Source of the DNA: a candidate division TA06 bacterium
Lineage (GTDB): Bacteria > Hydrothermota > DG-26 > E44-bin18
Assembly: GCA_004376575.1 (NCBI GenBank)
Contig: SOJN01000046.1
Coordinates: 48,709 to 112,708 of the forward strand
Length of the DNA: 64,000 bases
Direction: 5' to 3'
Shown: positions 8,937 to 19,046 of the stretch, piece after piece
Position numbering within the stretch: position 1 is the stretch's first letter
Layout: every line of letters begins with the position of its first letter
The notes under the pieces: generated by a model
Databases searched by the model: none
The model's input: the letters and a program-made list of their open reading frames with translations, nothing else
What the model was told of the DNA's origin: nothing
Program-made: the position numbers and the translations under genes

Positions 8937-9926
8937 TTGCCAAACTGGGACGTCTTGGTAACTCGGAAAATCCCCGAGGAGGGGCTTGAAATACTGAGAG
9001 CCCACTGTCTGCATGTTGAAGTGTACAATGGTAGTAGACCCATTCCAAGGCAGAAGCTCTTTTCTCTTATCAAAGCCAAAGAGGGCTTGTTTTGTTGTCT
9101 GACCGATATTGTGGATGAGAAGGTAATGGACGCAGGGCATGCACTCAAGGCCATATCGAACTATGCAGTAGGATATGACAATATTGATGTGGCCGCGGCG
9201 ACCAAACGGGGAATAGTCGTCACCAATACTCCCGGGGTGCTGACAGACGCCGCTGCTGAGCTGGCGTGGTCCCTCCTTTTTTCCGTTGCCCGCAGAACAG
9301 TTGAATCTGATAGGTTTTCCAGAGCTGAGAAGTTCAAAGGGTGGGATCCACTGGGATTTCTTGGGTTCGATGTCCACGGCAAGACTCTCGGTGTAGTTGG
9401 CGCGGGCAGGATAGGAACCGCCTTTGCGTTGAAGTCAAAGGGGTTCGATATGAAGATCCTGTACTACGACTCACTCAAGAATCAAGTTCTTGAAGACAGT
9501 TTGGATGCCAAGAAGGTGAAGCTGAATACACTCCTGAAAGAATCCGATTTCATATCAGTCCACGTACCCCTTACCGATAAGACGTATCATCTCTTTTCTG
9601 TCGAGGAATTTCAAATGATGAAACCTACTGCAATCTTCATAAACACCTCCAGAGGTCAGGTCGTCGACGAGAAAGCCCTTGTCAGGGCACTGAAGTCGAA
9701 CTCGATAGCCGGTGCAGGTTTGGATGTCTATGAGAAAGAACCGGAGATTGAACCGCAACTGATTAGACTTAACAATACCGTGCTCTGTCCTCACATCGGG
9801 AGTGCGACTATCGAAACCAGAAAGAAAATGGCGATCATGGCCTCCAGCAACTTGATTGCGGCGCTTTCCAATAAGAAGCCGGTCAATGTTGTGAACCCTC
9901 GTCCAACGGGGAGAAAATACAGGTAG
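8937..9926 (+). CDS. D-isomer-specific 2-hydroxyacid dehydrogenase (glyoxylate/hydroxypyruvate reductase-like)
   Basis: NAD-binding motif GVVGAGRIGTAFA and the typical 2-HADH fold order. Probable start is TTG 8937, which has a GGAGGAG RBS. The track start 8886 lies only 15 nt after the tRNA. Confidence 0.8.
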   Translation: MPNWDVLVTRKIPEEGLEILRAHCLHVEVYNGSRPIPRQKLFSLIKAKEGLFCCLTDIVDEKVMDAGHALKAISNYAVGYDNIDVAAATKRGIVVTNTPGVLTDAAAELAWSLLFSVARRTVESDRFSRAEKFKGWDPLGFLGFDVHGKTLGVVGAGRIGTAFALKSKGFDMKILYYDSLKNQVLEDSLDAKKVKLNTLLKESDFISVHVPLTDKTYHLFSVEEFQMMKPTAIFINTSRGQVVDEKALVRALKSNSIAGAGLDVYEKEPEIEPQLIRLNNTVLCPHIGSATIETRKKMAIMASSNLIAALSNKKPVNVVNPRPTGRKYR

Positions 9927-9940
9927 AGAGCGAGCATCCG

Positions 9941-10579
9941 GTGAGGGAAATGAAAGGCTTTGGAAGATTGGCAGCACTTCTGTTGGTTGTGGGCCTCATC
10001 TTGCCTCCAACTCAGGCGGAGGAAACCTCAAACCAAGGCGGCACGTTCAATCCCGGTGACAAAGTCAAGGTTATGATGTGGCGCCAGAAGGATATTACAG
10101 GAGAGTATCAGATCGGTGCGGATGGTAATCTGAGAATGCCCCTGGTAGGGTCCGTACCAGCTTCCGGTCTGTCTGTGGATGCCCTCACAGATACACTTGT
10201 GGCTCATTACTCGGCCTACATAAAGAACCCGCAGATAATCTTGATTCCAATGTTCAGGGTTACCATACTGGGTGCCGTCAAGATGCCCGGTTCCTACTGG
10301 GTGAGTGGATCGGAAAAGGTGACCGACTTGATTGCCATGGCCGGAGGTCTAGGGGGAAAAGCGGTCATGGAGAAGACAAAGATAACCAGAGGCGATAAAG
10401 TGATTGTGGTTAACGCCGCCGAATTCCTGAGGGCAGGAAAGACCCTCGGAGACATCGGAGTCCAATCAGGAGATATAGTGGTGGTTCCGAGGTCCCGATG
10501 GCCGAACTGGAGTGAATGGGCGGTTATTCTCTCTACCGTCGCTCTGGGTTGGTCTTTGTACAATTCAATCAAGGACTAA
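9941..10579 (+). CDS. Wza/GumB-like periplasmic polysaccharide export protein (Poly_export + SLBB)
   Basis: Signal peptide, then a Poly_export motif (PGDKVKVMMW...YQIGADGNLRMPLVGSV...GLSVDAL) and an SLBB-like C-terminus (ITRGDKVIVVNA...GDIVVVP). Confidence 0.8.
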   Translation: MREMKGFGRLAALLLVVGLILPPTQAEETSNQGGTFNPGDKVKVMMWRQKDITGEYQIGADGNLRMPLVGSVPASGLSVDALTDTLVAHYSAYIKNPQIILIPMFRVTILGAVKMPGSYWVSGSEKVTDLIAMAGGLGGKAVMEKTKITRGDKVIVVNAAEFLRAGKTLGDIGVQSGDIVVVPRSRWPNWSEWAVILSTVALGWSLYNSIKD

Positions 10580-10594
10580 GAACTGGAGGAGATT

Positions 10595-13138
10595 TTGGGG
10601 GACGTTCGGATGGATAGTGGTGAAGAGAAGACTCAAAGTCTACTTGACTATGCCCAGATATTGTGGAAGAGAAGAGTGATAATTCTCGTTCTGTTTCTCC
10701 TTGCTTCTTTGAGCACACTTTTCTACGTTATGAGGACGCGGCCGATATACGAAGCATACACTACCATAAGGCTTGAAAACGTTGGCGCACAGGGGACGCT
10801 TTTGAGTGATCTTGCTGCACTTCGAAGGGGTAATCCGATAGAAACCGAAATTGAGGTGATAAGGTCACGCAGCCTTGCTGAAAAAGTGGTGACTGCCCTA
10901 AACCTCAATTTCGGTACAACAGGCCAGTCCAAAGATTTCTCTGGAAAGCTGGAAGAGATCATCCTCACTCGCGATTTTCCTTACGGGGACTATGTTATTG
11001 AAATCGTTTCCAAAGCCGGAGCCTTCAAGCTCAGGGGTTTAAATGGTACTACAATAGGGAGTGGCAAAGTTGGAGAGACATTCGCTACAGACGGCCTCTC
11101 GTTCAGACTCAACTCATCGAGCTTCAGTCCGGGTGACAGTCTCTTTTTCCGTGTTGCAGACCCTGTGAGTGCTGCGAGAAGAATTCAGGGCAGCACCACA
11201 GTCAGGCCGGTAAAGGGTGCAAACATCATAAGGATAAGTGCAAGGGACACTTCCCCGACTCTTGCCGCGAGAATCGCCAACGAGCTCGCGAATCAATTCC
11301 TTAAGCAGAATCTTGCTTATGCAAGGGGCGAGGCCAGGTCCGCAAAGGAGTTCATACAGGAGCAGCTCGCAGTTGCTGCCGACACCCTTCGTGATGCCGA
11401 ACAGAAGCTCAAGGAGTACAAGGAAAAGGCGAGATTTGTACTTCTGGACGAGAACGCAAAGGAGAACATATCCACTCTTGCCCGATTCGAGGCGGTCCGT
11501 GAAGAGGCGAAGATGAAGAAGATCGAAGTTGAGAGGCGGCTTTTGTTGCTGAGAGCTCAACTCGCTGGCAAGGGTGCGTTTGCAGACTATAAGATCGTGG
11601 CTGCCAGCCCAATTGTGACCGGTAATCCAGTAATATCGAAACTGAAAGGAAATCTCTCTAATCTCGAAATACGTAGGGCTCAACTTCTGGAGGAGTATAC
11701 TGCGCTTCATCCCGACGTAATCGAAATAGAAGGCGAGATCGAAAAGGTGAAGGAGGAGTTGAACAAGTCTATAAGGCAGGTTTTGGAAACCGGGCCTTCT
11801 GCCTCAGACCCCGTATACCAAAGCATCATTTCGGGAATAATCAATGCTGAGGTTGAAGTGGGGGCTATTGAGGATAGGATAGCAGCTCTCGGTGAGGTCG
11901 TGGAGGTGTACAACTCCAAGTTGGAAGATCTTCCAGAGAAGGAAATAACCCTGGCACGACTTACCCGCAGGAGGGAGGTCCGCGAGAAGATATACACTAT
12001 GCTGTTGACCAAGTTAGAGGAAGCCAGAATCTCAGAGGCGATGAAGGTAGGAAATACGAGAATTGTCGATGGAGCGATACGCCCTGATAGGCCAATTCTA
12101 CCGAAGAAGAAACGAACCACATTTCTCGGAGCCGTTGGCGGGCTGATAATAGGGATCGGCCTGGCTCTGTTTCTCGAATATCTAGATACGTCGGTGAAGA
12201 CTGGCGAAGATATAGAACGGGATCTCAGGCTTCCTTTTCTGGGAGCGGTGCCCTCAGTGAGAAATGATCATGGTGGTGCCTTAGAAGGTGATGAGGAGGT
12301 TCTGAAAAGAGTGCTAATTTCCAGATTCGACCCGAGGTCTCCAATTGCCGAGGCATACCGGACCGTAAGAACAAACCTTCAATACGTACAGCTTGACAAG
12401 AAGTACCGTACAATAATGTTTACGAGCCCGCTTCCTGAAGAGGGAAAGTCAACCAGTCTGGCGAACATCTCCCTGACGCTTTCTCAGCTCGGGGCAAAGA
12501 CATTGGTTGTCGACTCAGATTTGAGGAGGCCTGTGCAGCACAGAATATTCGGCGTGCACAAGTCCCCAGGTCTGACCGGAATCCTGGTAAATGAAGAATC
12601 GCCTGATGAAGTGATAAGTCCAACCAAGTACGAGAATCTGTATGTTCTCCCATCAGGTCCTATTCCTCCAAACCCTTCTGAACTTCTAAGCTCCGACCGG
12701 ATGAAACAGCTTATCACTCAACTCAAGGAGGAGTTCGAATTCATTCTGTTTGATTCGCCGCCGATTCTTGTGGTGACAGATGCAGCAGTGCTCGGAGGAA
12801 AGACCGATGGTACGGTTGTGGTGGTCAGATTTGAGAAGACGGACAGACGAGCGGCTCTTGAGGCGAAGAAGCTTCTAGAAAATGCGAAGGTAGAGGTGCT
12901 GGGCGTGGTTCTAAACGACGTGAAGATCGAAAGAGCGCTGGGAGGATACGGTTACCATTACTACTGCCGATCTTACTACCCTCCTTACTACGGCGATGAT
13001 AAGGGTGAGAAAGTCAAAAAAAAGAGAAAGAGAGTGAGTTCCCGCAAACGCACAGCTTTGAGTGGTGTTACTAGCGGCTTGAGAAGCGTCTTGCGCTCAA
13101 GCAGATGGAGACAGGGCAGGAGGAAGAGGATCAGTTGA
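10595..13138 (+). CDS. Wzc-like polysaccharide co-polymerase / BY-kinase (tyrosine autokinase)
   Basis: N-terminal Wzz-type TM segment and a long coiled-coil periplasmic domain. C-terminal Walker A (PEEGKST), VLPSGPIPPNPSELL, Walker B (FILFDSPP), and a Tyr-rich tail YGYHYYCRSYYPPYYGDD. Confidence 0.85.
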   Translation: MGDVRMDSGEEKTQSLLDYAQILWKRRVIILVLFLLASLSTLFYVMRTRPIYEAYTTIRLENVGAQGTLLSDLAALRRGNPIETEIEVIRSRSLAEKVVTALNLNFGTTGQSKDFSGKLEEIILTRDFPYGDYVIEIVSKAGAFKLRGLNGTTIGSGKVGETFATDGLSFRLNSSSFSPGDSLFFRVADPVSAARRIQGSTTVRPVKGANIIRISARDTSPTLAARIANELANQFLKQNLAYARGEARSAKEFIQEQLAVAADTLRDAEQKLKEYKEKARFVLLDENAKENISTLARFEAVREEAKMKKIEVERRLLLLRAQLAGKGAFADYKIVAASPIVTGNPVISKLKGNLSNLEIRRAQLLEEYTALHPDVIEIEGEIEKVKEELNKSIRQVLETGPSASDPVYQSIISGIINAEVEVGAIEDRIAALGEVVEVYNSKLEDLPEKEITLARLTRRREVREKIYTMLLTKLEEARISEAMKVGNTRIVDGAIRPDRPILPKKKRTTFLGAVGGLIIGIGLALFLEYLDTSVKTGEDIERDLRLPFLGAVPSVRNDHGGALEGDEEVLKRVLISRFDPRSPIAEAYRTVRTNLQYVQLDKKYRTIMFTSPLPEEGKSTSLANISLTLSQLGAKTLVVDSDLRRPVQHRIFGVHKSPGLTGILVNEESPDEVISPTKYENLYVLPSGPIPPNPSELLSSDRMKQLITQLKEEFEFILFDSPPILVVTDAAVLGGKTDGTVVVVRFEKTDRRAALEAKKLLENAKVEVLGVVLNDVKIERALGGYGYHYYCRSYYPPYYGDDKGEKVKKKRKRVSSRKRTALSGVTSGLRSVLRSSRWRQGRRKRIS

Positions 13139-13941
13139 TAGATATTCATACACACATACTTCCCGGGATTGACGATGGCGCAAGAAACCTTGAGGTTTCG
13201 CTGGAAATGGCGAAGGGGGCAGAAAAGGATGGAATATCGCATGTTGTGGCATCCCCACACGTGATGGAGGAAGATTACGGAACCGCGCAGGAAATGATAC
13301 GTGCTGAAGTGAAGGAATTGAACCGTGCCCTGAGTGAAGAGAAGATAAGTGTCGAGGTTTTGCCTGGAGCAGAGGTTCATGTTTCTGCTGCGCTTCTGTC
13401 CAAGCCAGAGATTCTGAGGAATCTCTCTATCAACTCCGGAGGGAAATATGTGCTTCTGGAGTTTCCCTTGCAGGAGGTTCCGAAGTTCGCAGGCGAACTC
13501 ATATTCAAGGTTCTCCTTAAGGGCCTCGTGCCCATTCTTGCACACCCTGAGAGGAATCTAGGCATGATTGAGCGTCCAGAAGAGCTTCTTGGCCTTGTGG
13601 AAAAAGGAGCTCTTGTTCAGATGAATGCGGGAAGTATCACAGGAAAGTATGGAGAAAGCATAAAGGATTTTGCAGAGACAATCGTATGCAACAGGATTGT
13701 CCACTTCGTGGCTAGCGATGCCCACTCAGCCAAGAATAGACCTGTCATGCTCAGCTCAGCTCTCGTCAGGATGAAAGAACTGATTGGCGATGACGCCGCG
13801 AAGCTCGTTCTGGATAATCCTTTGGCCGCCTTGAATGGAGAGACACTGGAAGTGTCTGTTCCCAGACATCTGGATAAGCCTGGGAAGAAAATCTTCTCCT
13901 GGGTCTCCAGAAGACTCTCGCCCAGACTTTCTGGGTTCTGA
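13135..13941 (+). CDS. CpsB/YwqE-type PHP-domain protein-tyrosine phosphatase
   Basis: LIDIHTHILPGIDDGA at the N-terminus is the CpsB hallmark. TTG 13135 has a GAGGA RBS and gives MIDIHTH. It overlaps the wzc stop; the track ATG is 13105. Confidence 0.8.
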   Translation: MIDIHTHILPGIDDGARNLEVSLEMAKGAEKDGISHVVASPHVMEEDYGTAQEMIRAEVKELNRALSEEKISVEVLPGAEVHVSAALLSKPEILRNLSINSGGKYVLLEFPLQEVPKFAGELIFKVLLKGLVPILAHPERNLGMIERPEELLGLVEKGALVQMNAGSITGKYGESIKDFAETIVCNRIVHFVASDAHSAKNRPVMLSSALVRMKELIGDDAAKLVLDNPLAALNGETLEVSVPRHLDKPGKKIFSWVSRRLSPRLSGF

Positions 13942-13984
13942 CGAGCAAGTGAGGAGTGAGAGGAAGCAGTAGCCTAACAATGGA

Positions 13985-14021
13985 CCCGTACAGTGGGCGC
14001 CGCTTTTTTATGCTGTACGGG
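13985..14021 (+). terminator. strong hairpin after cpsB (9-bp stem cccgtacag/ctgtacggg, T-run in loop)
   Basis: Inverted repeat seen in sequence. The geometry is not a classic intrinsic terminator. Confidence 0.25.
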
Positions 14022-14041
14022 CCTTTCTGGTATAGAGCATC

Positions 14042-14245
14042 TTGCAAATGCCTGAGCCCAAGATTGACATCGGACGGAAGTCTGTGATAGGCATCGGCTG
14101 GAATGGAATATCGCAGATCACCTGTCAGGCATGCCAATTTATCGTCACTGCCGTGCTGGTAAGACTCCTGCTGCCGTCCGATTTTGGCTTGGTGGGCATG
14201 GCTTCCATTGGGTTTGGTCGGCGGGCTTCACAGGGTGGAGACTGA
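14042..14245 (+). pseudogene. N-terminal remnant (about 55 codons) of a Wzx-type polysaccharide flippase
   Basis: KSVIGIGWNGISQITCQACQFIVTAVLVRLLLPSDFGLVGMAS matches the conserved N-terminus of the Polysacc_synt (Wzx) family. The frame stops after 67 aa and the next gene is a GT4. Confidence 0.5.
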
Positions 14246-14248
14246 TGC

Positions 14249-15448
14249 TTGGAACTACATAGCGGTGGGGAAGAAGAAATGCTGAGAGTCGCTCACATAA
14301 AGAGAACGTATCTTCCGATTTCTGAGACTTTCATCTATTCATACCTGAAAAACATGACGGGTGTTGAATCCCACGTACTGGCTGAGAAACAGGAGAATAC
14401 AGATCTCTTCCCATTTGAGAGAAGGCACGTACTAATGCAGCAGAATCATCTTACGATCGGACATAGCCGTCTCGTGCACAAGCTTACCAGATCCCCGAAG
14501 ACAGGCTTTACGTTGTTGCCCAGAAGCCCTTTCGCCGAGAAAACGTGCAAAATCCTTAAGCCAGATGTGATTCACGCCCACGGCGGCTATGATGGATTCA
14601 ACTATGTTTCTTTGAAGCGCAGACTGGGCATACCATTTGTGACTACGTTTTACGGAAGGGACATAGGTGCCGGGTCCAAGCATCCTTACTGGAGAAAAGC
14701 ATACTCTATTCTCTTCAGAATCGGCGACCTGTTTCTGGTGGAAGGACCTGCAATGAAGGGAAAGCTGCTCGCAATCGGGTGCTCTCCCCTGAAGGTAAGG
14801 ATACAGCGCATAGGCGTTGACCTTGACAGGTTTTCCAGAAACGATTATGGTGAAAGACCAGACACAGACAAAGTTCTCATTCTGATGTGCGGCCGCATGG
14901 TTGAGAAGAAGGGACTGGAATATGGCATACGCGCATTTTCAAAGGTTCACTCAAGGTTTCCCCACACCGAAATGAGAATCATTGGTGATGGTCCCAGATT
15001 CGGTGAGCTGGAGCGGCTCGTCTGCTCACTCGACCTGAACAGCTCGGTAAAGATGCTGGGGTATACGTCCCATGAGCAGTATGCGGTTCAATCCAAGGCT
15101 GCGCACATCTTTGTTCAGCCGAGTGTGACCGCGAGCGACGGAGACTCGGAGGGAGGCGCACCAACTACGCTTCTGGAGATGCAGGCGATGGGCGTTCCGA
15201 TTGTGAGCACGTATCACGATGACATACCGCAAGTGGTTGTCGCAGGTAAGAGTGCATTCCTTGTAGAGGAAAGGGACGTGGATGGGCTTGCCGAGAAGAT
15301 TGGATTTCTGGTGGAGAATCCACAAATCCGGGGAGAGATGGGTAGGGAAGGGAGAAGGCACGTAGAGGAAAGGCACGACATCTGCCGGCTGGCAAAACAG
15401 CTTGAAGCCGTTTATGTGGAGCTTGCCGGCAGCGGGAGTCGCAGTTGA
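14249..15448 (+). CDS. GT4 family glycosyltransferase
   Basis: Glycos_transf_1 C-terminal motifs (EGGAPTTLLEMQAMGVPIVST). Confidence 0.8.
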   Translation: MELHSGGEEEMLRVAHIKRTYLPISETFIYSYLKNMTGVESHVLAEKQENTDLFPFERRHVLMQQNHLTIGHSRLVHKLTRSPKTGFTLLPRSPFAEKTCKILKPDVIHAHGGYDGFNYVSLKRRLGIPFVTTFYGRDIGAGSKHPYWRKAYSILFRIGDLFLVEGPAMKGKLLAIGCSPLKVRIQRIGVDLDRFSRNDYGERPDTDKVLILMCGRMVEKKGLEYGIRAFSKVHSRFPHTEMRIIGDGPRFGELERLVCSLDLNSSVKMLGYTSHEQYAVQSKAAHIFVQPSVTASDGDSEGGAPTTLLEMQAMGVPIVSTYHDDIPQVVVAGKSAFLVEERDVDGLAEKIGFLVENPQIRGEMGREGRRHVEERHDICRLAKQLEAVYVELAGSGSRS

Positions 15449-17808
15449 AAGTAGGAATAGTTACAGAAAGATTTCCGCCGAACGTGAAAGGTGGGGGAGA
15501 GATCAGTGTTTCGCTCCTGGCACAGGCCCTGAAACGCCGAGGCATCGACGTTGAAGTCCTTTCATTCGATGGTTGTGGAGAAGATGTTCATGAAGGAATA
15601 CGGGTGAGACGCACCAGAGGGAGTCAGTCTTTTCATTTCCCAGTGGAGAAAAGCAACATATTTGAGTATCCAAAGATAAGGGAGTTCTGCAGGGGAAAAG
15701 ACCTCATACACGGATACAACATGAAATACTATCCTGCAACTGCTCACGTCTCAAAGGCGCTGGGGTTGTCATCGGTCCTGACTATGACAACCTACGGATT
15801 CTACTACCCTCAGCACGTGAAGGGGCTGAAGAGTCCTGTGACGCTGCTTGGCGGCCTCCATCAGCGAGTTTCAGATGCCCTATGCAGGCGCCTTATCATA
15901 GCCGGGGCTGATGTGCTGGTGACTCTGTCTGCGGCTCAAAAGAGAATCTACCAGGAGTTAGGTTTTCCCGGAGAGAAGATAAGGGTGATACCAAATTTTG
16001 TGGACCCGTCCTTCCTTGAGAGAAAGCCGGCTACCTTCAACACTAGAGCGAGAATCATCCTCTACGTGGGTAGACTTTCATCTGAGAAAGGGGTAGGCAC
16101 TCTGATAAGAGCATTTGCATTGGTTAAGCCTGAAGATAAGGACTTGAAACTGGTCATTGTGGGGACAGGACCAGCTGCGGATGAACTTCAGACCCTTGCC
16201 GCAGAGCTGGGAGTGGATGAACGTGTAAGGTTTTCAGGAAAACTTCACTACGCGGAAACCAAAAAGACCTACGAAAAAGCGTCCGTCTTTGTTCATCCTG
16301 GACTATGGCCCGAGCCTTTTGGGAGGACAATGCTTGAGGCGATGGCTTCAGGGATTCCCGTTATCGCTACAAAGACAGGGTCTGCGCCGGAGCTGTTGGC
16401 CGGCTGCGGTCTCCTCTTTGAGCCAGGAGATGTTGAGCAGCTCGCTTCTCAGATTGGGCTTGTCCTTGAAGATTCTGAATTGGCCCGGAACCTCTCAAGA
16501 GACGCGCGAGCAAGAGCAGAATCCGAATATGGTGAGGAAAAAGTCCTGAACAAGATGGTGGACCTGTACCGGGAAATTGCCCCGAAGACTGGTCTGGTGA
16601 GGGTTCGGACCGGGCCCGAAGATAAGCCTACAGTTCTGGCTGAAGGCAGGTTGCGTGAACTAAGACATGTTTTTGGTCGGCTTATCGATAGAACGGCAGT
16701 TCCCGTACTCCGGAAGGTTTTCGACGTCTACTTCCGGCTGTTTTCCAAGCCGCAGGACTTGTCAAAACTCCAGGCCCCCAGGATACTCTTTGCAATGCTG
16801 ACCAGGGGTATTGGGGATGCTATCCTCTGCACGCCTGCTCTGAACGAGTTGCGCAGAAGGTTTCCAGATTCGCACATAACGGTTCTTGCCATCCCCTATG
16901 TTAGCGGTCTTGTGAGCAGATTCGGGTCTGTGGACAAGGTCATATCTTTCAACATTGAGCACGCCGGGACTTCGGATATCTACAAGGTGGTGAGGAAACT
17001 GCGTATTCTGAAGCCAGACCTGGCCATAGACATCTTGCGTGACCGTTCCGTCCTGTCTCCTCTTATCTTGTTCCTATCAGGTGCCAGAGACCTTGTTGGG
17101 TTTTCTGTTGGACTGAGGAGCATCTTCTTTAGCCACCGCTACAGTATGCGCACAACAGGAGTCCATTTCGCAGATGTGGTTAGGAATCTGGTGAACGGAT
17201 CGGGTCTTGGCACTGGCGGGAGAGTGGATTTTGAGACCGAGCTGGCAAATGAGGCAGATAGAGAATTTGCCCGTTCGCTTTTGGCGGGTAGCTCCAGGCC
17301 GGTGATTTGTGTCCATCCCGGCTCAAAGGGGATTAGGGAGCGTCGCTGGCCTGAAGACCGGTGGTGTATTGTCCTGGACGCGCTCCTGGTAAAATATGGC
17401 TGTGGAATAATCATTATAGGCAGTAAGAACGAGGAGAGGCTGTGCAGGGCCATCCAGGATGGAATGAAGGGCGAGGCTGTCAATCTCGCAGGAAGGTGCT
17501 CGCTGGGCCAGTTGGCTGCAGTCATAGCCCAGAGCGACATGTTGCTGTCTTCTTGCTCAGGGCCACTTCACATGGCCGTTGCCATGGGAGTACCTGCCGT
17601 ATACATTGGCGGAGGCGTGGACTTGACGAAGTGGGGCGCCTATGGCAGCTCCAAACTCCACAGAGTGGTATTCAGAGACCGCAGTTGCCGCCCGGAGAAG
17701 TGCGTCGTTTGTCGAGACAGATGGGAGAAATGCACAGATTCAATAACTCCTGAGGCCTTTCTTGAAGTGGTCTCTGAGACAATAGACAGTCTGGATTTCA
17801 AAGGCTGA
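15445..17808 (+). CDS. bifunctional glycosyltransferase: N-terminal GT4 fused to a C-terminal GT9 (heptosyltransferase-like) domain
   Basis: Residues 1-380 are GT4 (EPFGRTMLEAMASGIPVIAT). Residues 440-787 have GT9 hallmarks (LKPDLAIDIL, CVHPGSKGIRERRWPEDRW, GPLHMAVAMGVPAVYIGGG). TTG start with RBS. Confidence 0.75.
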   Translation: MKVGIVTERFPPNVKGGGEISVSLLAQALKRRGIDVEVLSFDGCGEDVHEGIRVRRTRGSQSFHFPVEKSNIFEYPKIREFCRGKDLIHGYNMKYYPATAHVSKALGLSSVLTMTTYGFYYPQHVKGLKSPVTLLGGLHQRVSDALCRRLIIAGADVLVTLSAAQKRIYQELGFPGEKIRVIPNFVDPSFLERKPATFNTRARIILYVGRLSSEKGVGTLIRAFALVKPEDKDLKLVIVGTGPAADELQTLAAELGVDERVRFSGKLHYAETKKTYEKASVFVHPGLWPEPFGRTMLEAMASGIPVIATKTGSAPELLAGCGLLFEPGDVEQLASQIGLVLEDSELARNLSRDARARAESEYGEEKVLNKMVDLYREIAPKTGLVRVRTGPEDKPTVLAEGRLRELRHVFGRLIDRTAVPVLRKVFDVYFRLFSKPQDLSKLQAPRILFAMLTRGIGDAILCTPALNELRRRFPDSHITVLAIPYVSGLVSRFGSVDKVISFNIEHAGTSDIYKVVRKLRILKPDLAIDILRDRSVLSPLILFLSGARDLVGFSVGLRSIFFSHRYSMRTTGVHFADVVRNLVNGSGLGTGGRVDFETELANEADREFARSLLAGSSRPVICVHPGSKGIRERRWPEDRWCIVLDALLVKYGCGIIIIGSKNEERLCRAIQDGMKGEAVNLAGRCSLGQLAAVIAQSDMLLSSCSGPLHMAVAMGVPAVYIGGGVDLTKWGAYGSSKLHRVVFRDRSCRPEKCVVCRDRWEKCTDSITPEAFLEVVSETIDSLDFKG

Positions 17809-17816
17809 GGTTTGCT

Positions 17817-19046
17817 GTGAACATACTCATTGTGACGCAATCCTTCTACCCTGACGTTGATGGCGGGAGCGGCACGTTCATATTTGAGTTGGGGAAGAGG
17901 CTTGTACAAAGAGGGCACAAGACTGCCATCATCGGGGCAAGAATGAATCATAGTCTTAGTGTGAGAGGCCAACTGGAAGGGATGTCTGTCTTGAGGTACG
18001 GAAATCCACTGTTGGGAACTATCCTACCGTGGTCGCTTACCAGTCCTTTTCTTGCCCACTCTGCTGCCAAGAGCCTTTCTGAGTCGATTCACTTTGATGT
18101 GGTCTGGTGCCACCACTACTTTCCAGGTCTGGGAGGTCTTTTGTTTGCAAAACAGAAGGGGATACCAGGCCTTTTCACCTATCATGCCTCGCGCTATCTT
18201 GAATGGAGTACCAGGGCGGGGCAGCCAAGGAGATTCAACTCAAAGTTGTCCAGGGTTGTTTTTAGGTGGTGGGCAGATAGAGCCTACTCCTCTTTTGCTC
18301 GCGTTGTTGAGGGTAAGTGTCTTGAGGAATCCGAGAGCATTACGGTTCTGAGCGGGTTTTCTCAGAGACAGCTTGAGAGCCTTCATCCCGGAAGCGTCTC
18401 CAAGGTGAGGATCATTCCCGGAGGCGTAGATACTGAAAGGTTCAAACCTGTTGTCGACAGGAACGCGCTCAGGAGAAGTCTTGGACTTCCGCTGGAGGGT
18501 TTCCTCGTGCTGACAGTCCGCAGGCTCATAGCCAGGATGGGCCTGGAGAACCTCATGGATGCAATGCCTATTGTGCTTGAGGGGAATCCCCAAACGTATC
18601 TTCTGATTGGAGGCAGGGGTTATCTCTACGAGAGTCTCAGGAATAGAGCAGTGCGCCTTGGGATTGAGCACCGGGTGAAGGTGCTCGGATACATTGACGA
18701 TGGGCTTCTACCGAAGTACTATGCCGCTTCAGACCTGTTTGTGCTGCCAACGCTTTCTCTTGAAGGGTTTGGGATGGTCACCCTGGAAGCTCTCGCATCA
18801 GGAACTCCAGTCCTTGCCACTGCTGCTGGTGCCAGCCCTGAAATCCTGAGCAGGCTTGATTCGAGGCTTATTCTCGAAAGGCTGGAGCCTCAACACATAG
18901 CCAAGCAGATTCTAGAATTCATAAGCATGGAAGGGCGTGAAGAGCTTGGAAAGAGGTGCAGAGCCTTTGCCAGAGAGAACTATGGAATGGACATGATCAC
19001 AGGCCAGATTGAAGAAGCCATGGAAGAAGTGCGGGACTATGCATAA
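17817..19046 (+). CDS. GT4 family glycosyltransferase
   Basis: GTG start with RBS. EGFGMVTLEALASGTPVLAT motif. Confidence 0.8.
   Translation: MNILIVTQSFYPDVDGGSGTFIFELGKRLVQRGHKTAIIGARMNHSLSVRGQLEGMSVLRYGNPLLGTILPWSLTSPFLAHSAAKSLSESIHFDVVWCHHYFPGLGGLLFAKQKGIPGLFTYHASRYLEWSTRAGQPRRFNSKLSRVVFRWWADRAYSSFARVVEGKCLEESESITVLSGFSQRQLESLHPGSVSKVRIIPGGVDTERFKPVVDRNALRRSLGLPLEGFLVLTVRRLIARMGLENLMDAMPIVLEGNPQTYLLIGGRGYLYESLRNRAVRLGIEHRVKVLGYIDDGLLPKYYAASDLFVLPTLSLEGFGMVTLEALASGTPVLATAAGASPEILSRLDSRLILERLEPQHIAKQILEFISMEGREELGKRCRAFARENYGMDMITGQIEEAMEEVRDYA

Noticed and set aside
13942-14041. Possible sigma70 promoter TTGACA-18-TAGGCA before the flippase stub
   Set aside because: The -10 box is poor. 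Not reported as a feature.
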